Below, one piece after another: positions 62,297-64,000 of a DNA stretch of 64,000 nt. A model generated the notes under the pieces. It ran no database searches. It was given only the letters and a program-made list of their open reading frames with translations, and was not told the DNA's origin. This DNA comes from Heterodontus francisci (taxonomy: Eukaryota), in assembly GCF_036365525.1 (NCBI RefSeq), contig NC_090404.1, forward strand, positions 1,426,001 through 1,490,000, in the 5' to 3' direction. Position 1 is the first letter of the stretch. Each line of letters opens with the position of its first letter. The position numbers were made by a program, and so were the translations under genes.

Positions 62297-64000
62297 TTTT
62301 TATTTGTTTCATGGGATGTGGGCATCATTGGCAAAGCCAGCATTTGTTGCCCTTGAAAAGGTGGTGCTGAGCTGCCTTCTTGAACCACTGCAGTCCATCT
62401 GGTATAGTCCACCCCAGTGCTGTTAGGGAGGGAGTCCCAGGATTCTGATCCAGTGACAGTGAAGAAACGGTGATATATTTCCAAGTCAGGATGGTGTGTG
62501 ACTTGGAGGGGAACTTGCAGATGGTGGTGTCCCCATGCATCTGCTGCCCTGGTTCTTCTTGGTGGAAGAGGTTGTGGGTTTGGAAGGTGCTGTTGAAGGA
62601 GGCATGGTGAGTGCGGTGCATCTTGTAGATGGTACACACTGCTGCCACTGTGCGTCGATGGTGGATAGAATGGATGTTGAAGGTGGTGGATGGGGTGATC
62701 ATCAAGTGGGTTGCTTTGTTCTGGATTGTGTTGAGCTTCCTGATTGTTGTTGAAGCTGCACTCATCCAGGCAAGTGGAGAGTATTCCATCACACTCCTGA
62801 CTTGTGCCTTGTTGATGATGGACAGGATTTGGGGAGTTAGAAGGTCGGATACTCACCGCAGAATTCCCAGCCGACTAGACCTTGTACTCACCAATCTATC
62901 TGTCGTAGATGCATTTGTCCATGACAGTATTGCTAGGAGTGACCACCACATGAAAACAAAGTCCCATCTTCACAGTGAGGATACCCTCCATCGTGTTGTG
63001 TGGTACTACCACTGTGCTATATGGGATAGATTCAGAACAGATCTACCAGCTCAAAACTGGGCATCCCTGAGGTGCTCTGGGCCATTAGCAGCAACAGAAT
63101 TGTATTCAAACACAAACTGTAACCTCTTGGCCTGGCATTTTCTCACTCGAATATTACGATCAAGCTCAGGGATCAACCCAGATTTAATAAAAAGTGCAGG
63201 AGAGCATGCCAGGAGCAGCACCAGGCATACCCAAAAATGAGGTGTCAACCCAATGAAGCTACAAGACCGGACTACACACATGCCAAACAGCAGAAGATGC
63301 ATACAACAGACAGAGCTAAGCAATCCCACAACCAACGGATCAGATCAAACCTCTGCAGTCCCGCCACATCCAGTCCTGAATGGTAGTGGACAATTAAATA
63401 ACCAACAGGAGGAGGAGGCTGCACAAATATCCCTATCCTCAATGATGGGGGAGCCCAGCACTAGAGTGCAAAAGACAAGTGGATGATCCATCTGGGCCTC
63501 CACCTGTGGTCGCCAACATCACAGCTGCCAGTCGTCAGCCAATCCGATTAATTCCGTGTGATATCAAGAAACAGCTGAAGGTACTGGATACTGAAAAGGC
63601 TATGGGTCCTGACAACATCCCAGCTACAGTACTGAACGCTTGTGCTGCAGAACAAGCCACGGCCCAAGCCCAGTTGTTCCAGTACAGCTACAACACTGGC
63701 ATCTACTTAACATTGTGGAAAATTGCCCAGGTACATCCTGTATATCCTATCCACACAAAGGACAGATACAATCTGCCAATTACCACACCATCAGTCTCCT
63801 CTCAATCAACAGCAAAGTGATGGTAGATGTCGCTGACTGTACTATCAAGGGCCAGATAAATAGCAACAACTTGCTCACCGATGATCAGTTTGGGTTCTGC
63901 CAGGGCCATTCGGCTGCTGACCTTGGTCCAAACGTGGGACAAAAGAGCTGAACTCAAGAGGTGAGATGAGAGTGATTGGTCTGGACAGCCAGGCAGCATT
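62297..64000. mobile_element. LINE (CR1/L2 group) pieces in opposite orientations: 3' end on - (62297-62870), mid-ORF2 on + (62873-64000)
   Basis: Minus strand MEYSPLAWMSAAST. Plus strand LDLVLTNL...SDHH, KAMGPDNIPA, WKIAQVHPV and QFGFCQGHS. Confidence 0.8.

Overview
Cartilaginous-fish (shark) genomic DNA holding one immunoglobulin heavy-chain cluster of the IgW class on the + strand, embedded in satellites and nested transposons. The gene reads: leader (17986-18031), V exon (18152-18463) with a 23-RSS, a 12-RSS and J exon (20208-20295), a ~24 kb J-C intron, CH1 (44241-44561), CH2 (45654-45959), a Cys-rich short secretory exon (46705-46877), a decayed fragment of a middle C exon (49821-49935), two terminal C domains with the long secretory tail (50902-51222, 52352-52734), and TM1/TM2 (56744-56877, 57501-57512). 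Two features of the gene stand out. First, it appears germline half-joined (VD-DJ) with no free D segment, so one 12/23 recombination event remains, and a precise join is in frame. Second, the usual CH3/CH4 exons are missing or dead, which predicts a 4-C-domain long secreted form. The J-C intron holds a nested stack: 69-bp satellite > Tx1 non-LTR element > Gmr1-like LTR element. Poly(A) footprints at one fixed position of the satellite unit suggest a satellite-targeting retrotransposon. All repeat family names are from recognition by eye, and most repeat boundaries are approximate.
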